Made by a program: the position numbers and the translations under genes | Source: Ylistrum balloti | Lineage: Eukaryota | Reading direction: 5' to 3' | NCBI RefSeq assembly: GCF_031769215.1 | Contig: NW_026782667.1 | Coordinates: 1 to 64,000 of the forward strand | DNA: 64,000 bases | The notes under the pieces: model-generated | Told to the model about the DNA's origin: nothing | Seen by the model: the letters and a program-made list of their open reading frames with translations, nothing else | The model's database searches: none | Part shown: positions 39,316 through 52,756 of the stretch, piece after piece | Layout of the letters: each line of letters starts with the position of its first letter | How positions within the stretch are numbered: the stretch's first letter is position 1

Positions 39316-39640
39316 AGACTACCATTGTGCACACATGTATGTAGACTACCTCAAAATAGAGACCAGACTACCTCTTTATAGGGACCAGGCTACCTCAATA
39401 TAGAGACCAGACTACCAGTGGTATATACATGTTTATAAACTACCTCTTTATAGGGGCCAGACTACCAGTGAATAGACATGTATAAAAATCTACCTCTATA
39501 TAAAGACCAGGCTACCATTGTTTACACATGTAGACTACCTCTTTATAGAGGCCAGTACATATACATGTATAAAACCTACTTCAGTATAGGAACCAGACTA
39601 TTATTGTATATATACTTCCTCTATATAGAGACCACTTGTA
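39316..39640. repeat. Degenerate two-module (A ~22 bp / B ~21-30 bp) tandem repeat
   Basis: Module A = AGACTACCTCTWTATAGRGACC; module B = AGACTACCAKTG..ACATGT. The order reads B A A A B A B A B A B A B A. Confidence 0.8.
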
Positions 39641-41679
39641 TGAAATACCTGTGTATTTGGGTAATTTATTCATTAAAGTCACTTGTTTATATTATAAACA
39701 GGCATTAGTACATAGAAATAGACAGAACCTTTTGTAATTTGTAAAATACATATTCCAGTAGTCATAATATGTGGATTGATGTGCATCTTTACCTTAACTA
39801 ATAAGACTGACCCCTGAAAATAGTTGTATGTTAGAAGGCAGGGTACTGGTGTGATGGATGAGTGGGGTATATACCCAGCTGGAGCAGTCATCAATCATTC
39901 CCCGCCCCTGTCCAGGCAAAGAGGTCAGGTGTCCATGGCAGTCAGATCTCCGCCATCTCTACTCTACCCCATTGTCCACCATTGGTAAATTGATAACCCA
40001 CTTTAATCAGGCCGATTGACTGACCGTATCATTAGGCCGTGATCAAACATGTTCTTTAAACTGACTGACCTCACACAATTGGGTGGTAAGAGCTGGATGG
40101 AAGTGACCAATGGAAGTGTCTTGGCTAGTATTGCCAAAACATGTCGGGAGGTAATTTGAAGATTATGAATGTGTGTTTTGTGCTAATCTGAACTATTGGC
40201 TGAGATTGTCTTCTTGTTCAGATAAAATTTTAGAAGTCATGGCCTGTAATTATCTTCAACATCTATAATATTGGTGCTCCTTTATAATAAAATATTGTAT
40301 ATTGTGTATTCAAAATTCTAAAATTTAAATACATTTTGTACCTGGTTTCTTCAAATTCATCAACTGTTTGATTATCTGAGCAACTGTCTCTACATGGGTG
40401 GGATTGACTATTTAAGCTTAATTTATCTTCCAATTTACTACATGAAACAAGCCTGTTGTGAAATTAAAGTTTAATTGAAATTAATTTGAAGAACAGCGTA
40501 ACATCTATGCTTTCTAATCTGATCTACATGTTTCCTGATTGGAATTGATCACAAAATTAATTTTTTATCTGAAATTCCAATGTCCTGTTGATGGTGATGT
40601 TTCCTGATAATAAAATGCCTAAAATATCAGTAGGTCACATCACACATACAATCTTCTTAGCGGGAAACTTTGGTGGGTAGGGGTTGGGGGATAATTCAAA
40701 CTCGCTTCTAAATTCTCCAATTCTACACGATTTAAAACCGATCTCTTGTTTCTATTTCCAATGAGATGTTCATTAGAAAAAATTTACTTCAGCACTGATT
40801 TCCATTACCATCAAGTCTGTGTGAATGAGAAAAGAAGGCAAAGACATATTACACATTACTGCTATGGCGTGCACATGATTGGCAGGACATGGCTTTCATG
40901 AGCTCCAAGCTATTGGACAAGTTGCATGAAGGCTGAAAGCAGGCTTAATCCCCAAATTAGGTGCTATAAAGTCAATTTCAACAAATAGGAGGTTTGGAAT
41001 GAGCTGTATAGGAAGATAAGGGTTATGCTGTCTGTGCAGCTGTTGTAGGGATCAGAATCTGATATCATAGGAGCTATTTGGTGATATTAGTTTGAAGATT
41101 GGTATGGGCAGGGCTTTCCTTATGGTGGTCAATAGTAAATGGCTGTCATTAGAAGGCAGGTTCGTGACAGCCTGTCCTACAAGTGATTAATCACAAACTG
41201 ATCAAGGTTATTTGCATATCAGATCAAGTGCCAATCCTTTCTTCCAAAATAAGACGACAGATTTTCAAGAACAAGGAGGATTTAAAAATGCGTGATTTTT
41301 TTTCTTTTTCTTTTGGCTAGCATAATAAATCTTTCAAAAAGAGTGAAACTAAAGCATAGATATTGAAAAGAAATTTGATTTCATTTGACTTAAGCTGGTT
41401 ATTATAATGAGCATTCAGTACATTTTTTGATTTTTGATTTTAGAGAGTGTATTTTAATTAAGAAAAGATGACATATATGAGAGGATGGAAAAGGTTTAAC
41501 AAATTTAATTGATTTTTTGGTATTTCTGTTATTACAGTTATCTATATCATGATTTATTTGTTACTGAGATAAATAGACCATATAAAATAGGTATTTACTT
41601 TATGGCAGATGAAATGTTACCACAGATATTTTTAACCCAAAATCATCAGACAGTGTGTGATTTAAATTTCCCTATGCCC

Positions 41680-42322
41680 ATGGTCAGCAGTCTGTACACG
41701 ATTATTGTTAATGCTATTTCTTGACAAGTACTGAATGGATCTTTCTCAAATTTTTTAAGTAGGTTTCCCTTGGTCCCTAGTTGTGCCTGGTTGATCTTGG
41801 GTCTGATCATACAAAAACACATAATTGCCTACAACTGGCCATCTTGGGTTTTTATGGTGAAGACTGCTAATCGCTATTTCTTGAGAAGTACTGGATTGAT
41901 CTTTGTCAAATTTCAGACATAGGTTTCCTTTGGTCCCTAGTTGTGCCCTTTGAATTTGGGACTGATTAGAAAAAACAGTATAGCAAACAGGCAGCCATCT
42001 TTGATTTCGACTTTGAAAATTTGTTATGGCTATTTGATGAGAACTACTGGAATAATCTTTGTCACATTTCGTATGGAGATTCCCCTAAGTCACTATTTGT
42101 GCCAGTTTGATTTTGGGACTGATCAGAAAAACAAAATGGCTGATAGACCACTAACTTGGATTTGGCAGTTAAAGATTATTATCAATATTCTGCAAAAGAA
42201 TGTTTAAATTTCGCATCATTAAGAGCAAAAACAGAGAAAAGAAGGAAAAAGATCCAACTTTTAAAGAACAAGTAAAGATCAGACAATAGTGGGCACCAAC
42301 ATCCTTCTGGGATCTCTTGTTT
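41680..42322 (+). mobile_element. Non-autonomous Helentron-associated (HINE / pearl-like) element, 5'-truncated
   Basis: An internal array of ~160-bp monomers is followed by a purine-rich segment and the terminus GTGGGCACCAAC-ATCC-TTCTG-GGAT-CTCTTGTT. This short hairpin plus CTCTTGTT end matches the HINE-type 3' end recalled from bivalves. Family assignment needs a library search. Confidence 0.65.
41714..42190 (+). repeat. Three ~160-bp satellite monomers (BIV160/Cg170-like) inside the HINE element
   Basis: CTATTTCTTGA.AAGTACTG starts at 41714, 41874 and 42030 (periods 160 and 156). Monomers 1-2 share GGTCCCTAGTTGTGCC and GCCATCTT; monomer 3 is more diverged. Confidence 0.85.
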
Positions 42323-45300
42323 ACAAGAGAGCATTAATACCTTGGGTAATTTGAAGTTGGTGGTTTGACAGTTGATATCTAACAGAAGTCAGGCATACCA
42401 TCCTGGATCTGATATTCTGTTCTATAATAGATTATGAAGCTTCCAAACTTCATCTGCACCCAGAATCTGTGTCCCAGAAAGGCTTGATAGTCCGATAAAG
42501 CAGGTCTCAGCAGGATTGTCAGGGATTGACAAATTACTTACAAGGATTCGAGCTTTTTTTTCCTCTGTTTGTATTTTTTCTTGGCTTAAAGGAAAAGAAG
42601 GGAAAAAAACCAGCATCATCGCCGTGGAAAGTGATTACATGTTAATAGAGAACCAGCGTGAATCTACAATTGAAGCAGACAGATTTTTGTAATTTTCCAT
42701 TATCTTAATCGTAATGTCTCGAAAACCGGTGATAAGATTGATGGCAGAGAAAGGAGACCACTGTTGAAAATGGTTTATCATTTATATTTGCCACATGAAT
42801 TCCGGAGAGGTTTTCTGGTTCAGATATTTCAAAACGAAAAGAAAAGCTGAAGGATTTGCCTTTTACCATTCTGTGTGTAATCTGTGATACCAGAGTAAAA
42901 CAGAAAAAAATGGAATTGATCCAAGGCTTGGCACAGTTCTGTAGATATGAAATGACACATTTCATGGTATATGTTTAGTTTTAACATCACGATGCATGTT
43001 TTGTTGGCAGCAAGATGCCCCGAGAGTTTGTCATGCACTTCATTGTATATCAAATATCATGTAGGCTCAAATGACACAATTGTGTTGGGTAACTGTACAA
43101 GGTCATAAAACTACATTTCATAGATTTGTTAAATTGTATAACGGTTTCATATCCCCAGAGCAAAACCTGTAATAAAAATTACTGTGCACCTGGATGTAAA
43201 CATTGATTTTAGTGTATACACACCATGGTGTTTCAAATGTTGCCTTTTAGTGTGGAAACGAAATAGGGAAAGTCAGGACTGAGGTGATGATAGGAAACTA
43301 ATTGTCCAGCCAATCAGGTACAATATTACAGAACACCATGTTAACTAGATAAATAGATGGGAAGGAAATACAGGGGAAATTAGATCAACTTGTTCTCCTT
43401 GAGAATTTACTAGATGTTGAATGGCAGAAAAAAACTCTACAATTATTTATGAAATATTGTTATCGTTATATTATTCAATTACCCTTGGGTCAGAAAAAAC
43501 AGCGTAGACTGCATCAGGAAAATGTCCTGTATCAACTTTCATTGGAGACAGTGAACAGCCTTAATGGCTAGTCAGTAGCTGTTGAATGGGCATATAAATC
43601 AGTGACGGGAATCACAGGCTTCTACAGACCCTGAAAAATAACAGCAAATATGTTTTATTGTTTGGTTGAAGGGGAAATGCTATGATTGGCCTGGTGCTTG
43701 ATGTAAAGGACGGATCTACCAATATATCGCATGAAACTCCAGCGGTTGTGCTGCCTGTATTGTAGGAGAAAACACTCATATTATTGTTGTATGTGATGTA
43801 ATGTTTTGGCTTGAGGCAATTAACTTAGTAATTATCAGAAATTGTGCAATTATTAAAAAAAGGTAATTTCACTTGGGTGTTAAATATCAAAGGGGAGAAA
43901 AGTTGTTTTTCATCCTTATTTCCTCTCGCCATTAAAGCTATCCTGATTTTAAAGTAACGGTATTCATCTCTCATTGAGTGCACTGGATATGTAGAACACA
44001 GATAATTGGTCAATACAATATGAATAGATGACAAATTTTATTAAAAAGTTTTCCATTCAATTTCCCATGCTCACTGACTGTAATTATGTATGCTGTGGAA
44101 TAACTTTATCCAATAAAAAATAGAGTTAAATTACTCTAGCATTTAACGAGCAAGCAATCAAATCATTCAAAATCCCTTGTGAAATTAAATTTGTTTTTAT
44201 ACTTAATTGATGGAGTAATTGATGAAATTTGACATAATATTGTGCGTCAATGTTTCTTTTTGAAACTGGTTTGTTCTCAATAGGAAAAATTATACTGTTT
44301 AAAGGCATTACAATGTCAGATTAAATTAGCTGAGAATGTAATATATAAAGGCAAATTATGGTAGAAAGAACTGTGGGATAACGAATCTGACCTTTTTTTA
44401 CTTTTTAGAATAAAAACCATTTAATCATAGGACTCATATGAAACTGGTGCCAGAGTCTGATATCAAATGATTGAAGATTAGATTTTTGGTTGAAAAGTTT
44501 GGATGTTATTAAAGGAAAAGATGTTTTAATGATTTGTGAGACAAGATGTTACATCTGTCAAGAAAACTATCTCTAGCTGTGATTATTAATGTCACACAGC
44601 TGAGTACATACACTTATTGATTGTCATTATAGTATTAAGGCAACTGGGCAAAGGAGAGCTTTTGCATCTTGAGCCTCTAGAGACTTCCTATCCATATATC
44701 AACAAAGATGACTAACTCTCATATAAGAGATATTTGCTTGCTAAATGATCATCAATGTCCACACAGGCCAACATCAATATCTATGACTGATGGCAGGTGC
44801 TCCCTAGGAGAGAAGTAAGTTCACATGCTAATTGTGATACCCAGTGATAAACTTAACAAGCCTTAATTGTATATTGTTTTATCAAACATTGATATAGGAT
44901 TATTCATTGGTGAAATTTGGACAATTTTCATAGGGAATCTTAACCAAGAATAATGTTTGCCATATTTTGTTTTATTTAAGACTGGATATCAGTGTCAGAG
45001 TTTACTGGAGTTGAAACAGTAGCCTTCTGAGATGGCCAATATTCAGATCAGTGTGGTCAAATGGAGATGTCATTGATTGACACCTGGGTAGTTCTATCAA
45101 TAATCTTACATGTTTGAATAAAAGCAGTAAAACATTCCAATTGACTGAAGTTGAAACAAGCAATTTATCTCAGATAATCAGAATGTTTTTGTATAAACTG
45201 CCTCAATGTAACATGTCTTTACTTCAGTTATTCCTTGTTTAGATTATCATTTTGTGGTAATTGTATGGTGGTGCCTGATATAGGATAGAATTTTTTTATT

Positions 45301-46123
45301 TAAGATATTGTGTCTATTTTTCATGATCTAGTACTAGCACGATCGTACTCACGGATCTCAGCGGGAATATTGACATTATGTCTTAGACTTTTCACAGTTT
45401 ATCTGTAATGTTGTGAAATTGTAGAGATAGAGTATAAACTTTAGAGTGGGGGACATGTCTATTTGATTAACATTCCAAGCTACATGTGATTGGAGGGACA
45501 TAAACATCAATACAGCCAAAGCTTGTATGTTCCTTAATGATGGGAACCTCAAACACCTGTTTGTATGGAGTTAATACTCAATAACAGGTGACACCTGATG
45601 GAAGAGAGATAGGAATAGAGGATTTGTCATTTTGGACCTGTCAGTTCTGAATGTGAGTGGTTCTATAGATGTATATATGAAATTAAGTGAAAACAATATA
45701 CTATCAACTGCAGGAGGAAAAAACACAATTTTTTTTCAGTAGAAAGTGTAAAATTTTATATGAGATATCTTGTGTAGTCAAAGTGATCCACAAATCAATC
45801 ATTTTGTTTGAATTTCTGAAAGTATAGGACTGAGGTTATCCATTGTCTGACACATGTTGTACAGCAACATTTGAACAGACAGGTTTGTACAGATTTTTGA
45901 GATGTAATATTAGAGTTATTGATGGATATAAAAAGTCACAATAATAGGCCATGTTAATTTGGTCAGACAGAATCACTTTAATACATCAGTGTGAATGGAA
46001 GAAACTCCTGGGGATCAGAAGAGCAGCTCAATCAAGAGAATTGGTTACATTTCTATGGCTGTCACAGGAGTAATGAGGCCACAATAAAAACAGTTCTGGA
46101 CAGTGGCCATAGGACTGACCAGA

Positions 46124-46192
46124 TCTGCTTCACTGTGGTGATGGCCTGTCTAGGCTCTGCTTCACTGTGGTGATGGCCTGTCCAGACTCTGC
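46124..46192. repeat. 32-bp tandem duplication (about 2.2 copies)
   Basis: TCTGCTTCACTGTGGTGATGGCCTGTC at 46124 and 46156, with a partial copy at 46188. Confidence 0.85.
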
Positions 46193-46292
46193 AGCAGCTT
46201 CTTTCCTCTCTCACCTCCCTGTGACACCCTTCCTGTCATCACGATGAGGATAACCTTCTCCGAGTAAATGCATGTGCCTCTGTTTGTATGGA

Positions 46293-46306
46293 GTTACCAT
46301 GACAAC
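46293..46306. promoter_or_regulatory. Consensus RFX X-box GTTACCATGACAAC
   Basis: Exact match to the 14-bp consensus GTTRYCATRRYAAC. Binding is untested. Confidence 0.4.
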
Positions 46307-49300
46307 TGATCCACCATTTGTAGACCTAAGATAAATGAACTCAGAGGGCAGGAAGGAAGTTCTGCATCCCAAAGGGGGTCACCAAAAGTGCAAATTCCAA
46401 TTACATTCCCTCAGTCCGCCAGTATCAACAATTTGTTACAATGTGCAAATTGAAAGCTGCAGAATGAGATAAAAGGTTATTAGGAATCACATATCCACAC
46501 TCATCTGTTGTGAAGACACGCTAATTATAGTGGAAAGAGGATTAGGGAGTCCAATCCCCTACACATGGATCCTGGATCGACCAATTAATGGAAACAACTG
46601 ACATGGATAAAGAAATGAGCCCTTATAGGGGGTCACACGTATTGTGGTTTTTGTGGTGACTGTTCGGTAACATCATCGAATATCATAAATGTCCAAGAAA
46701 CAGAAAGCCATAGATTATTGAACTTGGTATAGCTGATGACAGCTTTCGTCGACCCTAAAACCACTTGTAAGACTTCTCAATTCTAAAAGGTATTAGGGTA
46801 GTAAGCTAAGATAACACTATATTTTATAATCTCCAGGGAAAATCTACACATTACAGCACATTAACCATATATGAACTTGGCGCCAGAGACACGTGATGGT
46901 CCCCCTGGAGACGCATCTCAATGGTCATCAACGGTTGGGCAAATATTGACAGGAGTATTTTCACAATATCAGGCATTAGTCCATGTTTATATGGAATAAC
47001 TGGTGTTGAAAATCATTGTCAGTGGGTTTCCTTCACACATTAGATAACTATAAAAAGAAAGCTGAGATAGAAAGTAAGGATCCAAAGCTGGAAAAGCTTG
47101 AGTGAAGTTACAATTTTGTTCAGTTTGAGTCTATGATTTTTCAGATGGTTATTTAGGCAAAACGTATCATAGATCCCTATTAAATGGCAAAATATACATT
47201 GTATGATGCAATTACCCGTGGTGTGTGTTATTGGAACTAACTTAACGACTTTTATTACCAATATATCTCCTGTAATGACTTTACATGAAGAAAATTCAGT
47301 GTCACTTGGAAGGTTAAATATCCTTGTTTATCACAAACATAAAAAGAGGGTTACATGGCAACTAAACAAAGTGATGGCAATGTCTGGCCTGGTATTGTGT
47401 TGGGGTCAGCTATTGTGATGGCAGACTGCTGTTTTGTAACACCAACCACCCAGTAAGTCTGAAGGCCATGTGTGCAGTGAACCTCCAGTAATAAATCACA
47501 CTAAAGAGTGGCAGACCAGGGGAGATAATTGGTCTGAGGTCATCCTTCAGGGTGACCCTACAAAGTAGCTAAATATACAGAGGTGATATGAGGTCATCCA
47601 TCACATTGACCCCAACAAAATGGCTGTAAATGTGGTCTGGGTGCTCAAGTGTTCACACCTCTTGTGTCAAACAGCGATTTCATCCACAGTATTTACATCT
47701 GTAATAGCTGATGATAGCATTCAATGAAAAAAAAAAGAAAAATCATAGTGTTTGGAAATTCATTGATTTTCTTTTTGTGGAACCTTTAAAAGATCCAATC
47801 TTCTTTATAATACTTGGAATTAAACAGTGTACTTTATGGCGTTTGTTTTAACAGTTGATTTTTACTTAGCTCTATAAATACTCGGGTGTATTCAAATGTC
47901 TTCAGAGGCCATGTGCCAGTGATTGAAAGTTTTTAATTAGTATTTCCAGAAATAATGATCGGGAAGATGAGCCAATCATTAAAATAGCTGGTACCAATCT
48001 CCCATTACTACCCAGATTAATCATTATCTTTAGGAATGTTAGCTCATTATTGTGCAGAACACCATTATATAGCTTTATTAAATGTCAGGAATATGTGTAA
48101 TATCGTGGTGTAAATGAGATATTTGGGTTTTCTGTAATAACAGGATTTTAATATAGTTTTTACTTACATTGTACAATGACCCATTTTTAACTGTCACATT
48201 GTCTCACCCATGAACACGGTGTTCCGGTGACAGTTGGTCTCTGATTTATGTGCTGTATATCAGGAATATGGTTAGGTGGATTCAGTTACATATTACATTA
48301 AGTGACTTCTCTATTGCCATGAGTTTTCAGTTAGAAATCTAGATTCATCAACAGCTAATCATCATAGTCCATGTTAACCACAGAATGGTATGTAAGATAC
48401 TTCTACCAATATTACACAGAATTTCCCATCAGTGGAAATGGCTACAATATAGAGATATGGCTGAAGATGTGGAATATGTTCCATAACAATAAGAACGCCG
48501 CCAGGCTCCCACTGTTAAATCACCCAATTTCACTTTCAAGTACCATTTCAAGTTGTTCTGTCGAAATCCCATGTAGTGTACACAGTCTGCGGTTGAAAGG
48601 GTTTCTCAGAGATGGGAGTTGAACAGGTTCATCTCTATCCCAGTCCACACTTTTTTTGTTATCTCAAATTTGATTGGATACTTCAATTACTCCATTTCCA
48701 CCTTCAATGATACATTGAATATGGTTTAGTTACCACTCTCAACGCTTTCCTTGTTATCTGATTTTTGATTGGTTCAGTTTCAGGGCAATTATCTGTATAT
48801 TATCATGCAATATATTGAATATCCTTATATTGATGTGATACCTTTGTAGAAGTGTTCATCACACATCCAATTTTCAAAGTGTTGAAAAATAGTTTAATAG
48901 GATGAATTAAGGCTAAATCCTGTACAGTTTAATTTGATGTTGTATAAATTGCATCAAGTGCAATTTGACACTTTATGTTTTCGTGGTGCTATGGATGAGT
49001 AGACATGACAAAGAATAAGAGGTCATATCCAGTATCTCAAGGTTAAAGAGCAAGGGTCAAATGTGGTCAAAAGTGGGGTTAGATTTACTACCATAGTGCT
49101 TTCTTGGTTTCGGCTTGATGCTATCTGGTACAAAATTGTTGGTTTTCTGTGACAACTGTTTCATGGTTGGCTGGTGCTTAAGTAGGGGTGAATTCACCCC
49201 AATTTTCCTGCCATAAAACTTGATAATCCAAGCCTTTTTACACAAACATTATTAACTTCATGTGATTTTTGGGAGGTTAGAGAACACATCCTATTAAACG

Positions 49301-50100
49301 TAGAACTGTGTAACTGTAATTCATGAAACCATCTGTTTTCTTTTGTTTGTGTTGGTTTGTTTGAGCATTATCTTGTGTATTTCAGTGCAGGTTGTATTGT
49401 TTGTGTTGGTTCGCATCTCGTGTATTTCAGTGCGTGAGTTTAGGTCATTGTACCAGATAAACTGAGACGTCTTTTATCTCGCCTCAAATACACATCTCTA
49501 TCTGTGTGGCACGTATCATCTTCTGTACATTAAATCTGACAAAAATGTACTAAAATAAATGGAGAACCACAGCCACTGTATTACCAATCATCATTATTAA
49601 AGAAATATAAGACTGATTCAAAATACTGGCACACATCAATGACAACCAGTCCATTGCTTTGTAGTATTATATTGAATTTGAACTTTAACGGCTGATGTTT
49701 AGTTAAAACAAGTGCAAATACCACTCATGAACAATGGATGTTTTCATGACGTTTTTTCTCCATGAAGAATTTGATCCATTTTCTTTGTTTAGTTAAAATG
49801 TTGTCATGGGAACAATGAGGATGCTAATGATAGTTCTAGTTCCTCTTTGTTTTAGGAAGATTGTAATTTTTCTGGTCTGATTGTTAACTTTGAAGACAGT
49901 TTAATTCATGACAGTATAGTGAGAAAAGATTAAAGAGGTTTATAGGTAGAGTGAGGGGAGTCAATAGGTATAAGAATGGCTGAAGAGGGTATTGGGTGTT
50001 AGGGGGTTGAGTTTGCAGATGGTGGACACAAGCAAGGTGTAGAGAGTATAGGCGATTGTTGGGGAAGAGGGAGGGAGTTGGGTGTACAGGGAGAAGTAGG

Positions 50101-50400
50101 GAGGACAGGATAGAAGGCAGGATGTAGGATAAACTATGGGTTGACAGCAGTAGAATAGAGAGGTAGAGAGGACATGGTAGAAGGCATGATGTAGGATAAA
50201 CTATGGGTTGACAGCAGTAGAATAGAGAGGTAGAGAGGACATGGTAGAAGGCAAGATGTAGGATAAACTATGGGTTGACAGCAGTAGAATAGAGAGGTAG
50301 AGAGGACATGGTAGAAGGCAAGATGTAGGATAAACTATGGGTTGACAGCAGTAGAATAGAGAAGTAGAGAGGACATGGTAGAAGGCAGGGTGTAGGGATA
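50101..50400. repeat. 67-bp purine-rich tandem repeat, about 4.5 copies
   Basis: GAGGAC starts at 50101, 50168, 50235, 50302 and 50369. Confidence 0.97.
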
Positions 50401-50907
50401 ATTACAGTTGTTAGGTAGGGATGCTGCAGAAGAGATAGTAAAAGGACAGACAGAGAAGAAATAGATAATGGTTTGGATCAAGTAGCAGAGGTGATGAAAG
50501 GCAATAATGTTATGTCTGTTGACTGATCAGTGCAGCATAAGGTCAGAATTGGTGTAGGTCAGTTAGGCCAAGTCCAGTCTGACCATCAGTGTATATTACT
50601 TACAAAGGTCAAGCCTTGGTCATTGGTAAGGGCGGAGAACATGAAAAGCCACTGTGGTAGAATCTGTAATCACCTTTCCATTCTTCCCTTCCTGTACCGT
50701 GTCTTTTTGTGAAGGCGTCTTAGAGGTTTCTGTAAAATTCTGAACACCCTGATGACCGGTGGATGTTAAAGTGCATTTTAACAAAGTGATAGTGATGAAG
50801 TTATCATTGTAACTTGATGTTTGTATTGTAGATAACCACTAGTAGGTTTAGTATTTTTACCAACACCCCACCCACCAAGACTGCATTGATCCCAGTGACC
50901 TAGGGTT

Positions 50908-51262
50908 GTGTGGTTTCTAAAACACCCTCTACCACTGACCTAAGCCACATGGAATCATGTGGTTCCTAAAACGCCCTCTATCACTGACCTAAGCCACATG
51001 GAGTTATGTGGTTCCTAAAACGCCCTCTATCACTGACCTAAGCCACATGGAGTTATGTGGTTCCTAAAACGCCCTCTATCACTGACCTAAGCCACATGGA
51101 ATCATGTGGTTCCTAAAATGCCCTCTATCACTGACCTAAGCCACATGGAATCATGTGGTTCCTAAAACACCCTCTACCACTGACCTAAGCCACATGGAGT
51201 TATGTGATTCTTTAAACACCCTCTTTAATTGACCCCAGCCACATGGGGTTGTGTGGTTCCTT
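50908..51262. repeat. 49-bp minisatellite, about 7 copies, most units containing a hairpin
   Basis: Unit GTGGTTCCTAAAACGCCCTCTATCACTGACCTAAGCCACATGGAATCAT. The junction forms CCACATG-GAAT-CATGTGG. Confidence 0.97.
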
Positions 51263-52525
51263 AATAAAAACCCGCTACCTGACTGCTCCTGTCATTCTGT
51301 CATTCCACATTTGATATAATTATGTATGATGGGCTGTGATAGTGGTTATAACGAAAGGCAGTAGAATCCAGTCTGTGTGCAAGAACATGCTTAATAAATT
51401 ATCAATTTCCTTTTTTTTTAAGTTGTAAGATGAAAGATTTATACATGGAAGTTACGTGTTTAATAATGCGTGAATGCAAATATTATATCTTTCTGACATT
51501 GGAGATTGTAAGGGACACTAAACTGGCAAAGAGTGGCTAGTTTTTTATCACCGTTAATATGTTTATGGTTTTAATGCATATTACCACCTAATGATAGGGA
51601 AAGGCACACAGGGCTTTCTTATGTTGACTGACTCATGAACCTGCTTGTTTATCATGTAGATATGGTTTTCTTTTCCATTTCTCTTGATAAATATCTTGAA
51701 GTTTATACGTTTCCCCCATCAGCAAATCTTTGTGTCTGTCTATATGCACTTTGCTGGAGATGCATTGATCACCATATCAATCTGCAGATGTTTACATGTA
51801 GGGTGTACAGTAGGGGTCAACAGATAGAGAACCTAAGGGCTCCTTCAGTTACATAGAAGAGATACTTAATATCACAGATTACATATTTAGATATTGTCAG
51901 ATCTTCAATAATTTTCACATATTTCTTCTCTAAAGAGAATTTCGAATATGAAAATTTGTGATAGTGAATAAAAGTATTTCATTATTATCTACAAGTATTT
52001 AGCAACATCTGAACATCAATTTCTTTGCTTTCAAACCAGAAAATATTTAAATGACGTTCTTGAGTAGTTATCAGCCATTACAAATTGCTGTGTTTCTTCT
52101 AAAGTGTTTATTTTTATCTTGCACTCGGAACACTTTTTTCCCATTTAATGTAGAAATTTTATTGCTGATTTCTCCCAATTTCGTCTCACCTCTCTCAGCA
52201 TCTTTCACATGTGCTTAGATAGTGGTGTGCAATCCTTTCAGAGATTTTATCAGGACTTGTCCATTTCATAGTCTTTTAACAAACTTGAACATGAAAGAAT
52301 ACATATCATTGTTCCTGATGAAACATTTTAGTCAATATCTGCACAGTAATCCTAAATTGTTTTTTAACTCTAAAAATGTATAAATCATTTCAGCTCTGTT
52401 ACATTTCAAAGGATTTTGCATGGTCTGTATATGTAGTTTTTCTCACAATTTTCAAATTAAAAAAAAAAAAAAAATTTAAGGTGGATTTTCCTGACTTAAT
52501 GACCTATATACTGTATATTTTCCAG

Positions 52526-52661
52526 GGTTAGGAAAAACAGCAGAAGTTGAGCTGCGGAAACCAAGGCCAGATGAAGTGTCTCTGGGTTCAGAACTATCCC
52601 TCAAATGTATTGTCTCTGGAAATCCTGAGCCAACCTACCTTTGGTACCACAACAATTTCAG
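52526..52661 (+). CDS. Internal coding exon: N-terminal half of an Ig (I-set/C2-like) domain of an unidentified Ig-superfamily protein
   Basis: Acceptor CTGTATATTTTCCAG|, with branch-like CTGAC/TTAAT at 52491-52500, and a perfect donor AG|GTAAGT. The frame is open and reads (G)LGKTAEVELRKPRPDEVSLGSELSLKCIVSGNPEPTYLWYHNNF(R), with the Ig B-strand Cys (LxLxC), the SGxPxP turn and the C-strand Trp (LWY). Phase 1 in, phase 2 out. It is absent from the supplied ORF track because it is under 60 aa. Confidence 0.88.
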
Positions 52662-52756
52662 GTAAGTAAGATAGTGGGCAGTAAGATAGAGATAGGCTTT
52701 GTCTCCTGTGGTACCATGATGTTATATAGCTTTGGATACTCTGAGACAACAATTAT

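Larger units (their letters stand above)
1..52525 (+). other. Putative very large intron (or intergenic DNA plus non-coding exons) upstream of the Ig exon
   Basis: The exon at 52526 is internal (phase-1 acceptor, no start codon) and I recognised no other coding exon in the preceding 52.5 kb. Short or divergent exons could have been missed by eye. Confidence 0.45.

Noticed and set aside
20656-46915. Identical 13-mer CCCTGGAGACGCA at 20656 and 46903 (EBF/RFX-like)
   Set aside because: Repeated 13-mers are expected by chance in 64 kb and the flanks do not align.
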